From: an uncultured Pseudobdellovibrionaceae bacterium
Lineage (GTDB): Bacteria; Bdellovibrionota; Bdellovibrionia; Bdellovibrionales; UBA1609
Assembly: GCA_963803705.1 (NCBI GenBank)
Contig: CAWDNU010000003.1
Coordinates: 320,001-384,000 of the forward strand
Length of the DNA: 64,000 bases
Direction of reading: 5' to 3'
Made by a program: the position numbers and the translations under genes
Shown here: piece by piece, positions 41,156 through 50,689 of the stretch
Numbering within the stretch: position 1 is the first letter of the stretch
Layout of the letters: every line of letters begins with the position of its first letter
The notes under the pieces: generated by a model
What the model was told of the DNA's origin: nothing
The model's database searches: none
What the model saw: the letters and a program-made list of their open reading frames with translations, nothing else

Positions 41156-41439
41156 ATAAGCTCCCTTTAAAATCTTAATCCTACCAAATACTTATCGGCA
41201 TAGGTCTAGGTTATATAAAAGATTTTTAAGGTCCTGATAGATTGGGTATCAAATTGGTACGAACTGTTGCGCTCTTAAGAAGTAAGATCTACTGGCTGAT
41301 TCATTTTAGAACAGCTGACAATTGAACTTGGAGATGGCGCTATTTTCCATGTGAGGTAATATAGCAGGCCCTGCAAATGAACTTTTTAGACTCATAGTTA
41401 GAACAGCTAAAAGTGTAAAAATAAATAACAAAATTTGTT

Positions 41440-42471
41440 CTATAAAACCCATTTTCTTCTCTTTTGATTAGTTCGTTGTCTAGTATCACCATTAGATCTT
41501 GAAGGTGCAATAGTGTTTTTAAATTTTGACTTCGAATCGACATGAAGTCTGGTAGTTTTATGTCCCATCTTGTAGTGGTGCCTGCAATTTTTAGAGCAGG
41601 TACGTATTGAAAGATCCCGAACATTTTTTTCTAAGCAGGTTTCACAAACCACGGTATCAATACCGCATTGTGCGCATTTAAAAAAACTTATTTTCGCTGG
41701 CTGCCCACAATGATGGCAGAGCACGAATTTCAATGTTGGTTTTAAACTTTGATCCAGGGCGACTCTGTGGTCAAAGACAAAGCACTCTCCCTGAAATTCA
41801 TCTTCAGGAAACTGTTCAATATAGTTTAAAATTCCACCATCCAACTGGTAAACATTTTCAAAGCCTTGGTTAAGCATTTCAACTGAAGCTTTTTCGCACC
41901 TTATTCCACCCGTACAGTACATTAGAACTGGCTCTTTTTTATCAAGACCCATTTGCCTCACCAGATCAGGAAATTCTGTAAATTCATTCATGTCGCAATT
42001 TAAAGCAGTTTTGAATTTACCGATCTCCATCTCGTAGGTATTTCTAACATCTAAAACAGTTGGGTTTTTGCTTTTAATAAATAAATTCCACTCTTCAGGG
42101 CTTAGGCGGGATTCATTTCGTCCAGACAAGGGTTTCACATCGACTTTACCTAAGGTGACAATTTCCTTTTTAAATTTAACCTTGGTTCGTCTGAACGGCA
42201 TGAAGTCAGATGTACTGTCTTTAAATTGTAAATCCATCACAGATCCAACACTACATAAAGATCTGACGTATTTTTTTAACATATCAAAACTAGAAGGCGA
42301 AAATGCAGCCAAAGTACCATTGAACCCTTCGTTTCCTATTAGTAACAAACCGTAAATCTGGTTGGCCGTGCACCATGACTCTATCTCATCGGATTTTTGT
42401 TTAAAATCGATGTCGCTAGGCCAAGTGAAGAAAAGGTAAAAAGAGGTAATATGAATTTTACTAGCGCTCAT
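41440..42471 (-). CDS. trhO: Rhodanese-domain tRNA uridine(34) hydroxylase (TrhO/YceA family)
   Basis: Motifs EGFNGT, KVKFKKEIVTLG, LDVRN.YE..IG.F, MYCTGGIRCEKAS, GGILNY, GECFVFD.RVA. Confidence 0.85.
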   Translation of the reverse strand: MSASKIHITSFYLFFTWPSDIDFKQKSDEIESWCTANQIYGLLLIGNEGFNGTLAAFSPSSFDMLKKYVRSLCSVGSVMDLQFKDSTSDFMPFRRTKVKFKKEIVTLGKVDVKPLSGRNESRLSPEEWNLFIKSKNPTVLDVRNTYEMEIGKFKTALNCDMNEFTEFPDLVRQMGLDKKEPVLMYCTGGIRCEKASVEMLNQGFENVYQLDGGILNYIEQFPEDEFQGECFVFDHRVALDQSLKPTLKFVLCHHCGQPAKISFFKCAQCGIDTVVCETCLEKNVRDLSIRTCSKNCRHHYKMGHKTTRLHVDSKSKFKNTIAPSRSNGDTRQRTNQKRRKWVL

Positions 42472-42524
42472 AACTGCGGTATCTTATGCGTAATCCGGGC
42501 GGTGTCAAATTAGATTGGACGCGA

Positions 42525-43427
42525 ATGAAACATAATACTTCACCATTAAGTTTAAATAATTTAACTGTAAAATACGGTGATTTTGAAGCTGTAAAAAAAT
42601 TAAATTTGAATCTCAAAAAAAGTGAGATCTTCGGCTTATTGGGGCCCAATGGCGCAGGCAAAACATCTGCCATAGCTTGCTTAGTTTCTTTGGAAAAGCC
42701 ATTTTCTGGTGAAATTGATGTTTTTGGTCATAGCCTGCAAAAAAAACCCTTAATTGTGAAGTCTTTGATCGGCTACGTTCCCCAAGAAGTGATCAATCAT
42801 GGGTTTTTTAGTGTAATTGAAATTATGAAGTTTCATTCTGGGTACTACGGATTGGTTAGAAATGACGACTATATCTTGTACATTCTAGAGCGTCTAAATC
42901 TTTTGGAACACAAACACAAGAAAGTAAAGCAGCTATCGGGTGGAATGAAAAGAAGGTTGATGATAGCCAAAGCTTTGGTGCACAAACCGAAACTAGTTTT
43001 GTTGGATGAGCCAACCGCCGGCGTAGATATTGAGCTACGCAGTTCACTTTGGACATTTGTTAAAGAGCTTAAAGAAGAAGGGGTTACCATACTTCTTACT
43101 ACTCATTATCTAGAGGAAGCCCAAGCTTTGTGCGATCGAATAGGGATAATTAATCACGGTGAACTTTTGAAACTAGGCGATACTCAGTCGTTAATCGATG
43201 ATTTGACACAAAGATTTCTGAAAGTTGAATTTAATAGATCTGTTCAAATAAAGCATAAGTTTTTACAATCAACAGAAAAAAATTCGGTGATTTTTAAAAT
43301 GCCCTCGCAAACAAAAGTTGGGGACATCTTAAGGGATTTAGGTCCGCATCTATCAGATATTGAAGACATTCACCTTATTGAAGGAAGCTTAGAAGATGCT
43401 TTCAAAGTTATCCTTAGCTCTAAGTGA
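42525..43427 (+). CDS. ABC transporter ATP-binding protein (YadG-like)
   Basis: Motifs GPNGAGKT, LSGGMKRR, LLDEPTAGVD, TTHYLEEA. Confidence 0.92.
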   Translation: MKHNTSPLSLNNLTVKYGDFEAVKKLNLNLKKSEIFGLLGPNGAGKTSAIACLVSLEKPFSGEIDVFGHSLQKKPLIVKSLIGYVPQEVINHGFFSVIEIMKFHSGYYGLVRNDDYILYILERLNLLEHKHKKVKQLSGGMKRRLMIAKALVHKPKLVLLDEPTAGVDIELRSSLWTFVKELKEEGVTILLTTHYLEEAQALCDRIGIINHGELLKLGDTQSLIDDLTQRFLKVEFNRSVQIKHKFLQSTEKNSVIFKMPSQTKVGDILRDLGPHLSDIEDIHLIEGSLEDAFKVILSSK

Positions 43428-43465
43428 TTTTTAAACAGCGGATTTTTAGATAAAGAAAGGTAAGT

Positions 43466-44251
43466 ATGGGTTTTTACAGTTTAGCATTTGCAACTCTAGT
43501 GCGCAGAGAAATACATAGGTATTTAAAAGTGTTGTTTCAAACAATTTTTACTCCACTTATTAATTCGGTATTGTACCTGCTGATTTTTGGGGTGAGCTTA
43601 GGTGAAAGCATTAAATTAAAATCTGGGATCTCTTACTTAGCTTTTATTATTCCCGGTTTAGTTATGATGTCATGTTTGAACAATGCATTTCAAAATTCAT
43701 CTAGCTCGATAATTAGCGGAAAATTTAGTGGAGACATCGAGGACTGGAGAGTGGTGCCCCTGACTAGCCATGGTATTATTGGTGCGCTTTGTGTCGGTGC
43801 TTTAACCCGGGGTCTGTTGGTGGCAAGCCTAACGCTTTTAACTGGCGAGCTCTTTTTCTACTTCACCTATGAAAAGTATTTACCAATAGCCAATCCTGCT
43901 TTATTTTTGTTGTTTTTAATTGTGGGTGGTTTAGTTTTTTCTTTGGTTGGAATTATGGTAGCTATCTGGGCAAAGACTTTCGATGAGATGAGTGCAATTG
44001 GATCTTTAATTTTGACTCCGTTGATGTTTCTAGGAGGCGTCTTTTTTTCTTTAGAAAACTTAAGTCCTTTTTGGCAGAATCTATCTTTGTACAATCCGCT
44101 TCTTTACTTTATAAACGGGGTCCGCTTTTCTATTTTAGGTTTATCTGACGTATCACTTAGCAAATCGCTTATTATTTCATTTATGAGCTTACTTTTTACT
44201 TTTCTAATAGCCAATTACGCAGTAACAAAAGGAAGCTTCAAAAGGTGGTAA
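43466..44251 (+). CDS. ABC-2 type permease (YadH-like)
   Basis: Motifs FIIPGLVMM, NAFQNSSSS, PLMFLGGVFFS, NPLLYFINGVR; six TMs. Confidence 0.9.
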   Translation: MGFYSLAFATLVRREIHRYLKVLFQTIFTPLINSVLYLLIFGVSLGESIKLKSGISYLAFIIPGLVMMSCLNNAFQNSSSSIISGKFSGDIEDWRVVPLTSHGIIGALCVGALTRGLLVASLTLLTGELFFYFTYEKYLPIANPALFLLFLIVGGLVFSLVGIMVAIWAKTFDEMSAIGSLILTPLMFLGGVFFSLENLSPFWQNLSLYNPLLYFINGVRFSILGLSDVSLSKSLIISFMSLLFTFLIANYAVTKGSFKRW

Positions 44252-44254
44252 ATT

Positions 44255-45583
44255 ATGTTTGAGCAGCTCTCTGATAAATTGATGAATTCTCTTAAGTCAC
44301 TTAAGGGGCAGGCCAAGATTACTGATAGTAATATCGAGTCAGCCCTTAAGGATATTAGAATGAGCTTCTTAGAAGCTGATGTTAATTTTAAAGTGGTAAA
44401 AACTTTTATAGATAATGTTAAAGCAAAGGCCATTGGTGAAAATGTTGTTAAAGGCATCAACCCAGATCAACAGTTTATAAAAATTGTGAACGACGAGTTG
44501 ACGGACCTATTGGGTGGAGAAGCAGTTTTTATAGATCTTAAAAAAACACCTTCATATATTATGTTAGTCGGATTGCAAGGGGTCGGCAAAACCACTTCTG
44601 CTGCTAAACTTGCACTGCACATTAAGAAGAAATTTGGAAAACGCGTTGGACTAGTGCCACTAGATGTTTATAGACCCGCTGCAATCGAACAACTAAAAAC
44701 TTTAGCCCGCCAGGTAGATGTACCATGCTTTGATTCTGAGGCTTCTTGGAAGCCCAATGAAATATTAAAGAGTGCCCAAAGCTGGCGTCTAAAAGAGCAG
44801 CTGGATGTTTTAATTTTGGACACTGCAGGTCGACTGCAAATTGATGATAACCTGATGGCAGAGTTGACTGGTTTACGAGACGATATTAAGCCCCAAGAGA
44901 TTCTTCTGGTGGCAGACGCAATGCTTGGTCAGCAGTCAGTAGAAGTAGCTAAAGGTTTTAATGACAAACTAGGCTTAACGGGGCTTGTGCTAACAAAAGT
45001 TGATGGAGACGCCAGGGGCGGGGCAGCACTAAGTATTAGACATACAGTGGGTATACCCATCAAATTTCTGGGGGTCGGCGAAAAGGTCTCGGCTTTGGAG
45101 GTTTTTCATCCCGAGCGTTTAGCATCTAGAATCCTGGATAGAGGAGACGTGGTAAGCCTAGTTGAAAGAGCCCAGGAAGTGGTTGGTGAAAAAGAAGCTA
45201 AAGCCACAGCAAGAAAGATGGCTAAAAACCAGTTCACTGTTCAAGACTTTTTAAAACAGATTCAGATGATGAAAAAAATGGGCGGAATGAGCCAAATCAT
45301 GGGAATGCTTCCTGGTATGGGACAAATGAAAAAGCAAATGGAGGGCATGGCACCACCTGATAAAGAGATTAAGAAAATTGAAGCGATAATTCATTCTATG
45401 ACCTTCAAAGAGCGAGACAATCATAAGATTTTGAATGGCTCTAGACGACTTAGAATAGCGAATGGTTCTGGTACACAGGTTAGTGACGTAAACAAATTTA
45501 TAAAGCAATTTGAGCAGTCGCAGAAAATGATGAGCTCTATGATGAAAATGGGTTTTGGTGGCAAGGGGAAATTACCGTTTTAA
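44255..45583 (+). CDS. ffh: Signal recognition particle protein
   Basis: Motifs LEADVN, GLQGVGKTT, DVYRPAA, DTAGRLQID, TKVDGDARGGAALS; Met-rich M domain. Confidence 0.97.
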   Translation: MFEQLSDKLMNSLKSLKGQAKITDSNIESALKDIRMSFLEADVNFKVVKTFIDNVKAKAIGENVVKGINPDQQFIKIVNDELTDLLGGEAVFIDLKKTPSYIMLVGLQGVGKTTSAAKLALHIKKKFGKRVGLVPLDVYRPAAIEQLKTLARQVDVPCFDSEASWKPNEILKSAQSWRLKEQLDVLILDTAGRLQIDDNLMAELTGLRDDIKPQEILLVADAMLGQQSVEVAKGFNDKLGLTGLVLTKVDGDARGGAALSIRHTVGIPIKFLGVGEKVSALEVFHPERLASRILDRGDVVSLVERAQEVVGEKEAKATARKMAKNQFTVQDFLKQIQMMKKMGGMSQIMGMLPGMGQMKKQMEGMAPPDKEIKKIEAIIHSMTFKERDNHKILNGSRRLRIANGSGTQVSDVNKFIKQFEQSQKMMSSMMKMGFGGKGKLPF

Positions 45584-45677
45584 TGTCAATCAAACAATAA
45601 TAATAGTCTTTTAAGTTGAATTTGGCAAATTTAAGAGTTAGATATCTTAGTTAATTACTTTTTAGGAGTCATTTTTT

Positions 45678-45929
45678 ATGGTCGTCATACGTTTAGCAAG
45701 AGTAGGTTCAAAACATAACCCTTTATATAGAGTCACAGTTGCTGACTCTAGATCCTCGTTGGGTGGAAAATTTATTGAAATAGTTGGTAATTACAATCCC
45801 TCTCCGTCTGGACAAGCAAAAGAGATAGTGTTGGATATGGAAAAAGTAAATTCCTGGATAGCGAAAGGTGCTCAGCCAACTTCTAGAGTAAAGTCGCTGA
45901 TGAAAAAAGCGCAAAGCCAAACTGCTTAG
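45678..45929 (+). CDS. rpsP: 30S ribosomal protein S16
   Basis: MVVIRLARVG...P.YRV.VADSR...G.FIE..G.YNP. Confidence 0.97.
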   Translation: MVVIRLARVGSKHNPLYRVTVADSRSSLGGKFIEIVGNYNPSPSGQAKEIVLDMEKVNSWIAKGAQPTSRVKSLMKKAQSQTA

Positions 45930-46042
45930 TGCAAGTTTTTTAAAACAAAAGATATTTACTTTGAGTGCCTTGACTTAGTTGGTATGACCCATAGAATCTC
46001 TGTTGAGTTATACAAAATTTATTCATATTGTAAGGGGATGTT

Positions 46043-46285
46043 ATGGATTTGAATTTGAAAGATCTAGTAGAGTATATGGCAAAATCGTTGGTTGATTATC
46101 CGGAACAGGTTGTTGTCAAAGAAACAGTCGGTGAACAGACTACGGTGGTAGAGCTGAATGTAGCTAAAGAAGATTTAGGTAAAGTTATTGGCAAGCAGGG
46201 GCGCACAGCAAGATCCATGAGGACTATTTTAACAGCAGCCAGTACTAAACTACAAAAAAGAAGTGTATTAGAAATTGTTGAGTAA
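46043..46285 (+). CDS. khpA: KH-domain RNA-binding protein KhpA
   Basis: [20 protein letters not shown]; between rpsP and rimM. Confidence 0.92.
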   Translation: MDLNLKDLVEYMAKSLVDYPEQVVVKETVGEQTTVVELNVAKEDLGKVIGKQGRTARSMRTILTAASTKLQKRSVLEIVE

Positions 46286-46296
46286 AGAAAATACCG

Positions 46297-46367
46297 GAAA
46301 AGCTCCAGCGAAGCGAGCTAGACAAGCTTGTAAAGGCCAGAAAAGCTCCAGCGAAGCGAGCTAGACA
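46297..46367. repeat. Two identical 28-bp REP-like hairpin repeats
   Basis: GAAAAGCTCCAGCGAAGCGAGCTAGACA at 46297-46324 and 46340-46367. Confidence 0.9.
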
Positions 46368-46397
46368 GCGGACCTCGCCCCATATATAAAAATCGGT

Positions 46398-46913
46398 ATG
46401 AAATTAAAATCTATTGGCAAAGTTTTAGATGCTCATGGGATCAAAGGCGAGCTAAAGGTTAAGCTGTTTAGTCACGAAACCGAGTGGCATTCGTCTTTTT
46501 TGGAAGCACATATCGATACTTTCCAATATCAAGTGTTAGCCTTAAGAGCCAATAAAAGCGTTTGGATTCTTAAATTAAAAGGCTTAGCTGATAGAAGCTC
46601 GGCGGAGCTGCTAAAAGGTAAAGAGCTTATGGCTTGCCAAACCCTTTTTCAGACTTCGGACAGCGAAGAGCCTTTCATGTCCGAGTTATTAGGCTTTAAG
46701 ATTGATTTAAATGGAGAAAAAGTGGGCGTAGTTTTTTCTTTTAAAGAAACTTTGGCTCACTTTTCATTGGTGATAAAAAATGAGTCAGGTTTTTTTGAAG
46801 TGCCTTATGTAGACGAATTTTTGAAAAGTACAGACAGAAAAGCTAAAGTCCTATTTATGTCTTTTCCTACTGATTTGCTTTCAGATGACTTTAAGCTTAA
46901 AGATTCTAAGTGA
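46398..46913 (+). CDS. rimM: Ribosome maturation factor RimM
   Basis: IGKVLDAHGIKGELKV; DRSSAELLKG; position in the operon. Confidence 0.9.
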   Translation: MKLKSIGKVLDAHGIKGELKVKLFSHETEWHSSFLEAHIDTFQYQVLALRANKSVWILKLKGLADRSSAELLKGKELMACQTLFQTSDSEEPFMSELLGFKIDLNGEKVGVVFSFKETLAHFSLVIKNESGFFEVPYVDEFLKSTDRKAKVLFMSFPTDLLSDDFKLKDSK

Positions 46914-47707
46914 AGATATCGATTTTAAGTCTATTCCCGCAGTTTTTTGAAAACCTTGTAGGGCTTACTGGAACTGCCCGCGAATCAGGGATTTTTAACC
47001 TTGATCTTATCAATATCAGGGACTTCGGGCATGGTAATCATCACAAAGTGGATGATCAAATCTTTGGAGGTGGCGACGGAATGTTGTTGGCCCCAGAGGT
47101 GATTAAAAACGCGGTTGATTTTGCAAAAGATCAAGACGGTTATAGCAGTTCAAAGGTAGTCGCCTTGACTCCAAAAGGAAAAGTGTGGACTCAAAAACAA
47201 GCCTTAGCTTGGAGTAAGGATTCCACTCCAAAAATTTTGGTCTGTGGACGATATGCTGGTTTTGATCAACGATTTCTTGAAAGCTGCTGTGACGAAGAGA
47301 TTTCGGTCGGTGACTTTATTCTTAACGGTGGTGAAGTTGCTGCATTAACTATTTTAGAAAGCGTTGTCAGGCTTCTGCCAAATGCATTGGGTAACGAATT
47401 GAGTCCTATAAAAGATTCGTTTAGTCAAAAAGATCAGATCCTGGAGTGTCCACAGTACACTCGCCCCAGAGAATGGATGGGCTTAAAGAGCCCTGAAATT
47501 TTATTTTCAGGGCATCATAAAAATATCGAGATGTGGACTAAAGCTTCGGCGGTTATAGAAACCTTGTTAAAGAGACCAGAACTTTTAATAGATGATTTAA
47601 AGGGTGAACTGAGCTTTTTTTTAAGCAACACGGAAGTAGAGCAAGGACTAAAGCAAGTATATTCTGAACAGCAGCTTGATTTGGTTTCAGAGTGGATAAA
47701 TTCTTAA
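46910..47707 (+). CDS. trmD: tRNA (guanine37-N1)-methyltransferase
   Basis: Motifs VDD..FGGGDGML, CGRYAGFDQR, EISVGDFILNGGE, PQYTRP, SGHH. Confidence 0.95.
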   Translation: MKISILSLFPQFFENLVGLTGTARESGIFNLDLINIRDFGHGNHHKVDDQIFGGGDGMLLAPEVIKNAVDFAKDQDGYSSSKVVALTPKGKVWTQKQALAWSKDSTPKILVCGRYAGFDQRFLESCCDEEISVGDFILNGGEVAALTILESVVRLLPNALGNELSPIKDSFSQKDQILECPQYTRPREWMGLKSPEILFSGHHKNIEMWTKASAVIETLLKRPELLIDDLKGELSFFLSNTEVEQGLKQVYSEQQLDLVSEWINS

Positions 47708-48258
47708 TGTCAGAATTACATATCGGGCTAGTTCACTACCCAATTTTTAACAAAAATAAAAGCATTGTAGCAACGACAATAACTCACTTTGATGTTCACG
47801 ATATTGCAAGGACGTGTAGAAGCTATGGTGTTACGAAATTTCATTTAATTCATCCCTCGATCGAACAACTTATGTTTGTTGCTAGACTAAAAGAGCATTG
47901 GGCTGTAGGTGCTGGTGGAAAAAAAAACCCATTACGAGCAGAGGCCATGAAAATTGTGGCTACTGCTTGCAGCATCGAAGAGATCAAGCAACAAGAACGA
48001 ATCGATGTCACATACGCCACCAGCGCTAAAGTTCACCCTAGCTTTAAAACTGAGCCTTTTGAGGTGGTCAGGAAAACGGTCAAATCCTCTAAGAAAACTC
48101 TTATCCTGTTTGGAACGGGATCAGGTTTGGTCGATGATGTATTTAAGCAATGTCAGGCTATCGTTGAACCCATTGTAGGCTTTGAGAGCTCAGACTTTAG
48201 ACATCTTTCTGTAAGAACGGCGGTCGCAATAGTCCTTGACCGAGTACACCGCTCATAA
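47707..48258 (+). CDS. SPOUT-class RNA methyltransferase (TrmD-associated family)
   Basis: Motifs LVHYP, DVHDIART.RSYG, LILFGTGSGL, FRHLSVRTAVAIVLDR; ATG overlaps the trmD stop. Confidence 0.85.
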   Translation: MSELHIGLVHYPIFNKNKSIVATTITHFDVHDIARTCRSYGVTKFHLIHPSIEQLMFVARLKEHWAVGAGGKKNPLRAEAMKIVATACSIEEIKQQERIDVTYATSAKVHPSFKTEPFEVVRKTVKSSKKTLILFGTGSGLVDDVFKQCQAIVEPIVGFESSDFRHLSVRTAVAIVLDRVHRS

Positions 48259-48291
48259 TATAAAAATCACTTTGAATTTGAGGAAAAATCT

Positions 48292-48738
48292 ATGAACCTG
48301 ATTGATAAAGTAATATCAAAATTGAGCCCAAAACGAAACCACCCCGAATTTTCAACAGGAGACACAATTACCGTTTCTGTAAAAGTTAAAGAGGGCGAAA
48401 AAGAAAGAATTCAGCTTTTCAAGGGCACTGTGATTAAAATCCAGGGGTCAGGCGTAGGTCGTGCTTTTACAGTTCGTAAAGTTTCTGATGGTGTTGGTGT
48501 TGAAAGGACTTGGCCATTTGCAAGTCCAGCAGTCGATGGTATTCAGGTAAACCTTCGTGGTAAAGTTCGTCGCTCGCGAATTTACTATTTGCGAGGTCTA
48601 AAAGGACGTGCTGCGCGTTTGACAACAGAAATTGTTCAGCAAGAAAAATCAACTAAAGTGTCTGCTAAAAAATTGAAAAGACAGGCGAAAAAAGCTGAAG
48701 CTGTAGCTGCCGCCAAGTCGGGTAGCACTTCTAATTAA
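48292..48738 (+). CDS. rplS: 50S ribosomal protein L19
   Basis: F..GDT..V..KVKEGEKERIQ.F.G.VI, FTVRKVS.GVGVER, GKVRRSRIYYLR; Lys/Ala-rich C-terminal extension. Confidence 0.97.
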   Translation: MNLIDKVISKLSPKRNHPEFSTGDTITVSVKVKEGEKERIQLFKGTVIKIQGSGVGRAFTVRKVSDGVGVERTWPFASPAVDGIQVNLRGKVRRSRIYYLRGLKGRAARLTTEIVQQEKSTKVSAKKLKRQAKKAEAVAAAKSGSTSN

Positions 48739-49435
48739 AAGTATTCCAAACTTAAACCTACTTCAGTGGTCATCGGTAAACAAAGATGGTCATATAATTG
48801 GAGTAGATGAAGCTGGGCGTGGATGTCTGTGTGGACCAGTTTTTGCGGCAGCAGTGTCGTTTAATACCGAAAATTTTAATTCTAATCAGCTTTACCGTGA
48901 TTCAAAATTATTAAATGAGGCTAAAAGGGAAAATTTTTTCCAAGATATTTTAAATAAACACTGGGTTGGTATTGGATCGGCAACCTCCAAAGAGGTCGAT
49001 CGGGTTAACATTTTACAAGCTACATTTTTGGCTATGAGCAGAGCTGTAGAAGACCTGGTGAAGAACTTTGCTGAAGCTCAACCGTGCGAACACCCAAAAA
49101 TAGCCCCACAGGGACATATAATTGTGGACGGTATATACAAGATACCTCAAGTTTTAGATTTTACTCAGTCTACGATGATTAAAGGAGACCAATTGGTGTC
49201 CGAAATATCAGCCGCTAGCATAGTAGCTAAAGTCAGCCGGGACCGCTTCGTAAACCAACTTGATGTGAAATATCACGAGTATGGATTTCGCAAGCACAAA
49301 GGTTATGGCACACTCTTACACAGAAAAAAAATTGCGGAGCTTGGACCTTGTCCAGAGCATAGAATTACCTTTAAGGGAGTTCGAGAGTTTCTTCACCTTA
49401 AGCAAAAATACCCATATCAAAGGTCTTTGGTGTGA
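48734..49435 (+). CDS. rnhB: Ribonuclease HII (start codon non-canonical or frameshifted; 5' coordinate tentative)
   Basis: In-frame IIGVDEAGRGCLCGPVFAAAV lies upstream of the ORF-track GTG; also DSK, VDG, IKGD, ISAASIVAKVSRD, KHKGYGT. Confidence 0.88.
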   Translation: MKSIPNLNLLQWSSVNKDGHIIGVDEAGRGCLCGPVFAAAVSFNTENFNSNQLYRDSKLLNEAKRENFFQDILNKHWVGIGSATSKEVDRVNILQATFLAMSRAVEDLVKNFAEAQPCEHPKIAPQGHIIVDGIYKIPQVLDFTQSTMIKGDQLVSEISAASIVAKVSRDRFVNQLDVKYHEYGFRKHKGYGTLLHRKKIAELGPCPEHRITFKGVREFLHLKQKYPYQRSLV

Positions 49436-49736
49436 GATAATAGTTAGCTTATATTTGAGCTCTAAAAAGTGGGTTCTTGTCGGACATAGAAAAAAAATAG
49501 ACTTTGTGGAAATTGACCTTGTTTTTAAGACTCCAAAAAACCAAACAGTATTAATTGAAGTGAAATCAATCACATCAACCTACAGGTCTAATTTTAGATG
49601 GTCATATTTCCAAAAATCAAAGTTCAGTAGACTGGTTGAAAGTCTTTGCGCGAAATACCCAGGTACTGAAATATATGGCATTTTTGCGTTGGTGGCTTAC
49701 AATAAAATTAACTTTTACTATTTGGATGAAGTTTAA
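49281..49736 (+). CDS. YraN-family (UPF0102) PD-(D/E)XK nuclease-like protein
   Basis: KGLWCE, EIDLV, LIEVKS; usual position after rnhB. Start uncertain. Confidence 0.75.
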   Translation: MDFASTKVMAHSYTEKKLRSLDLVQSIELPLREFESFFTLSKNTHIKGLWCEIIVSLYLSSKKWVLVGHRKKIDFVEIDLVFKTPKNQTVLIEVKSITSTYRSNFRWSYFQKSKFSRLVESLCAKYPGTEIYGIFALVAYNKINFYYLDEV

Positions 49737-50500
49737 TGAAACATAATATTTCATTCTTATTTTTAAGAGGTTTGGGTCGTAACCAATATCATTGGAACAA
49801 CCGCGAACTTTATGAAGAAATACTATCAAATAAGGTTTTTTTTCTGGATCTACCTGGTTTTGGATTAAGTCCGAATAGCAGATCTCCCAGGCAAGTGCGA
49901 AACATAACTGGAATTTTAAGACACCAAAGAGACATCTTAGATAACTTCAATTCCAGTTCAAAAAAAATTATTGTAGGTCTATCACTTGGTGGAATTGTCA
50001 GTTTGGATTGGGCCGCTAGGTACCCTAAAGATTGGGATGGTCTTGTAGTTATCAATTCGAGCTTGTCAAACTTATCGAAGCCTTGGGAAAGATTAAAACC
50101 AAAAAATTACAAGTCACTTTTAAAGTACTTACGTTTGAAAAAAGCAAAAGATATTGAGAACCTGATTTACGAGATGACATGTAATACTGATGACCATAAA
50201 GATGAACTTGTAAACTATTGGGCTAAACTAAGAAATAACTATCCAGTTCGGCAATCAAATGTAGTCAATCAGCTTATCGCTGCGATGACCTTTAATTCTC
50301 CCAGCAAAAATAAATTTAGGATGCCGGGCTTAGTTTTAGCAAGTCCTAAGGATAAGTTCGTATCTTACAAATGCTCTGAAAAGATTGCGAAAAAATATAA
50401 TTTTGAAATAAAATACTCTGACAAATCCGGACACGACATGAGTGTAGATGACGGGGATTGGATGTTGCAGCAAATCAAATGTTTCTCTGATAAAATTTAG
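49736..50500 (+). CDS. Alpha/beta hydrolase
   Basis: LRGLGR, LDLPGFG, GLSLGG nucleophile elbow, D (PKDKFV), GHD. Confidence 0.88.
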   Translation: MKHNISFLFLRGLGRNQYHWNNRELYEEILSNKVFFLDLPGFGLSPNSRSPRQVRNITGILRHQRDILDNFNSSSKKIIVGLSLGGIVSLDWAARYPKDWDGLVVINSSLSNLSKPWERLKPKNYKSLLKYLRLKKAKDIENLIYEMTCNTDDHKDELVNYWAKLRNNYPVRQSNVVNQLIAAMTFNSPSKNKFRMPGLVLASPKDKFVSYKCSEKIAKKYNFEIKYSDKSGHDMSVDDGDWMLQQIKCFSDKI

Positions 50501-50689
50501 AACCGCCAAATAAATAATGATTTAGATTTAATTTTTAATTACTTTAGATATTGATCTAGAAATTTTCAAGCATACGTTTGATTTGTTTTTGCTCTCGCAA
50601 AACATCTCAATCCGACCTCAATTTCTAGATCAATATCTAAAGTAATTAAAAATTAAATCTAAATCATTATTTATTTGGCGGTTCTAAAT
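50495..50689. repeat. Perfect 70-bp inverted repeat with 55-bp spacer
   Basis: 50495-50564 is the exact reverse complement of 50620-50689. Confidence 0.95.

Noticed and set aside
46297..46367. CRISPR array
   Set aside because: Only two repeats, a 15-bp spacer, and no cas genes in the window.
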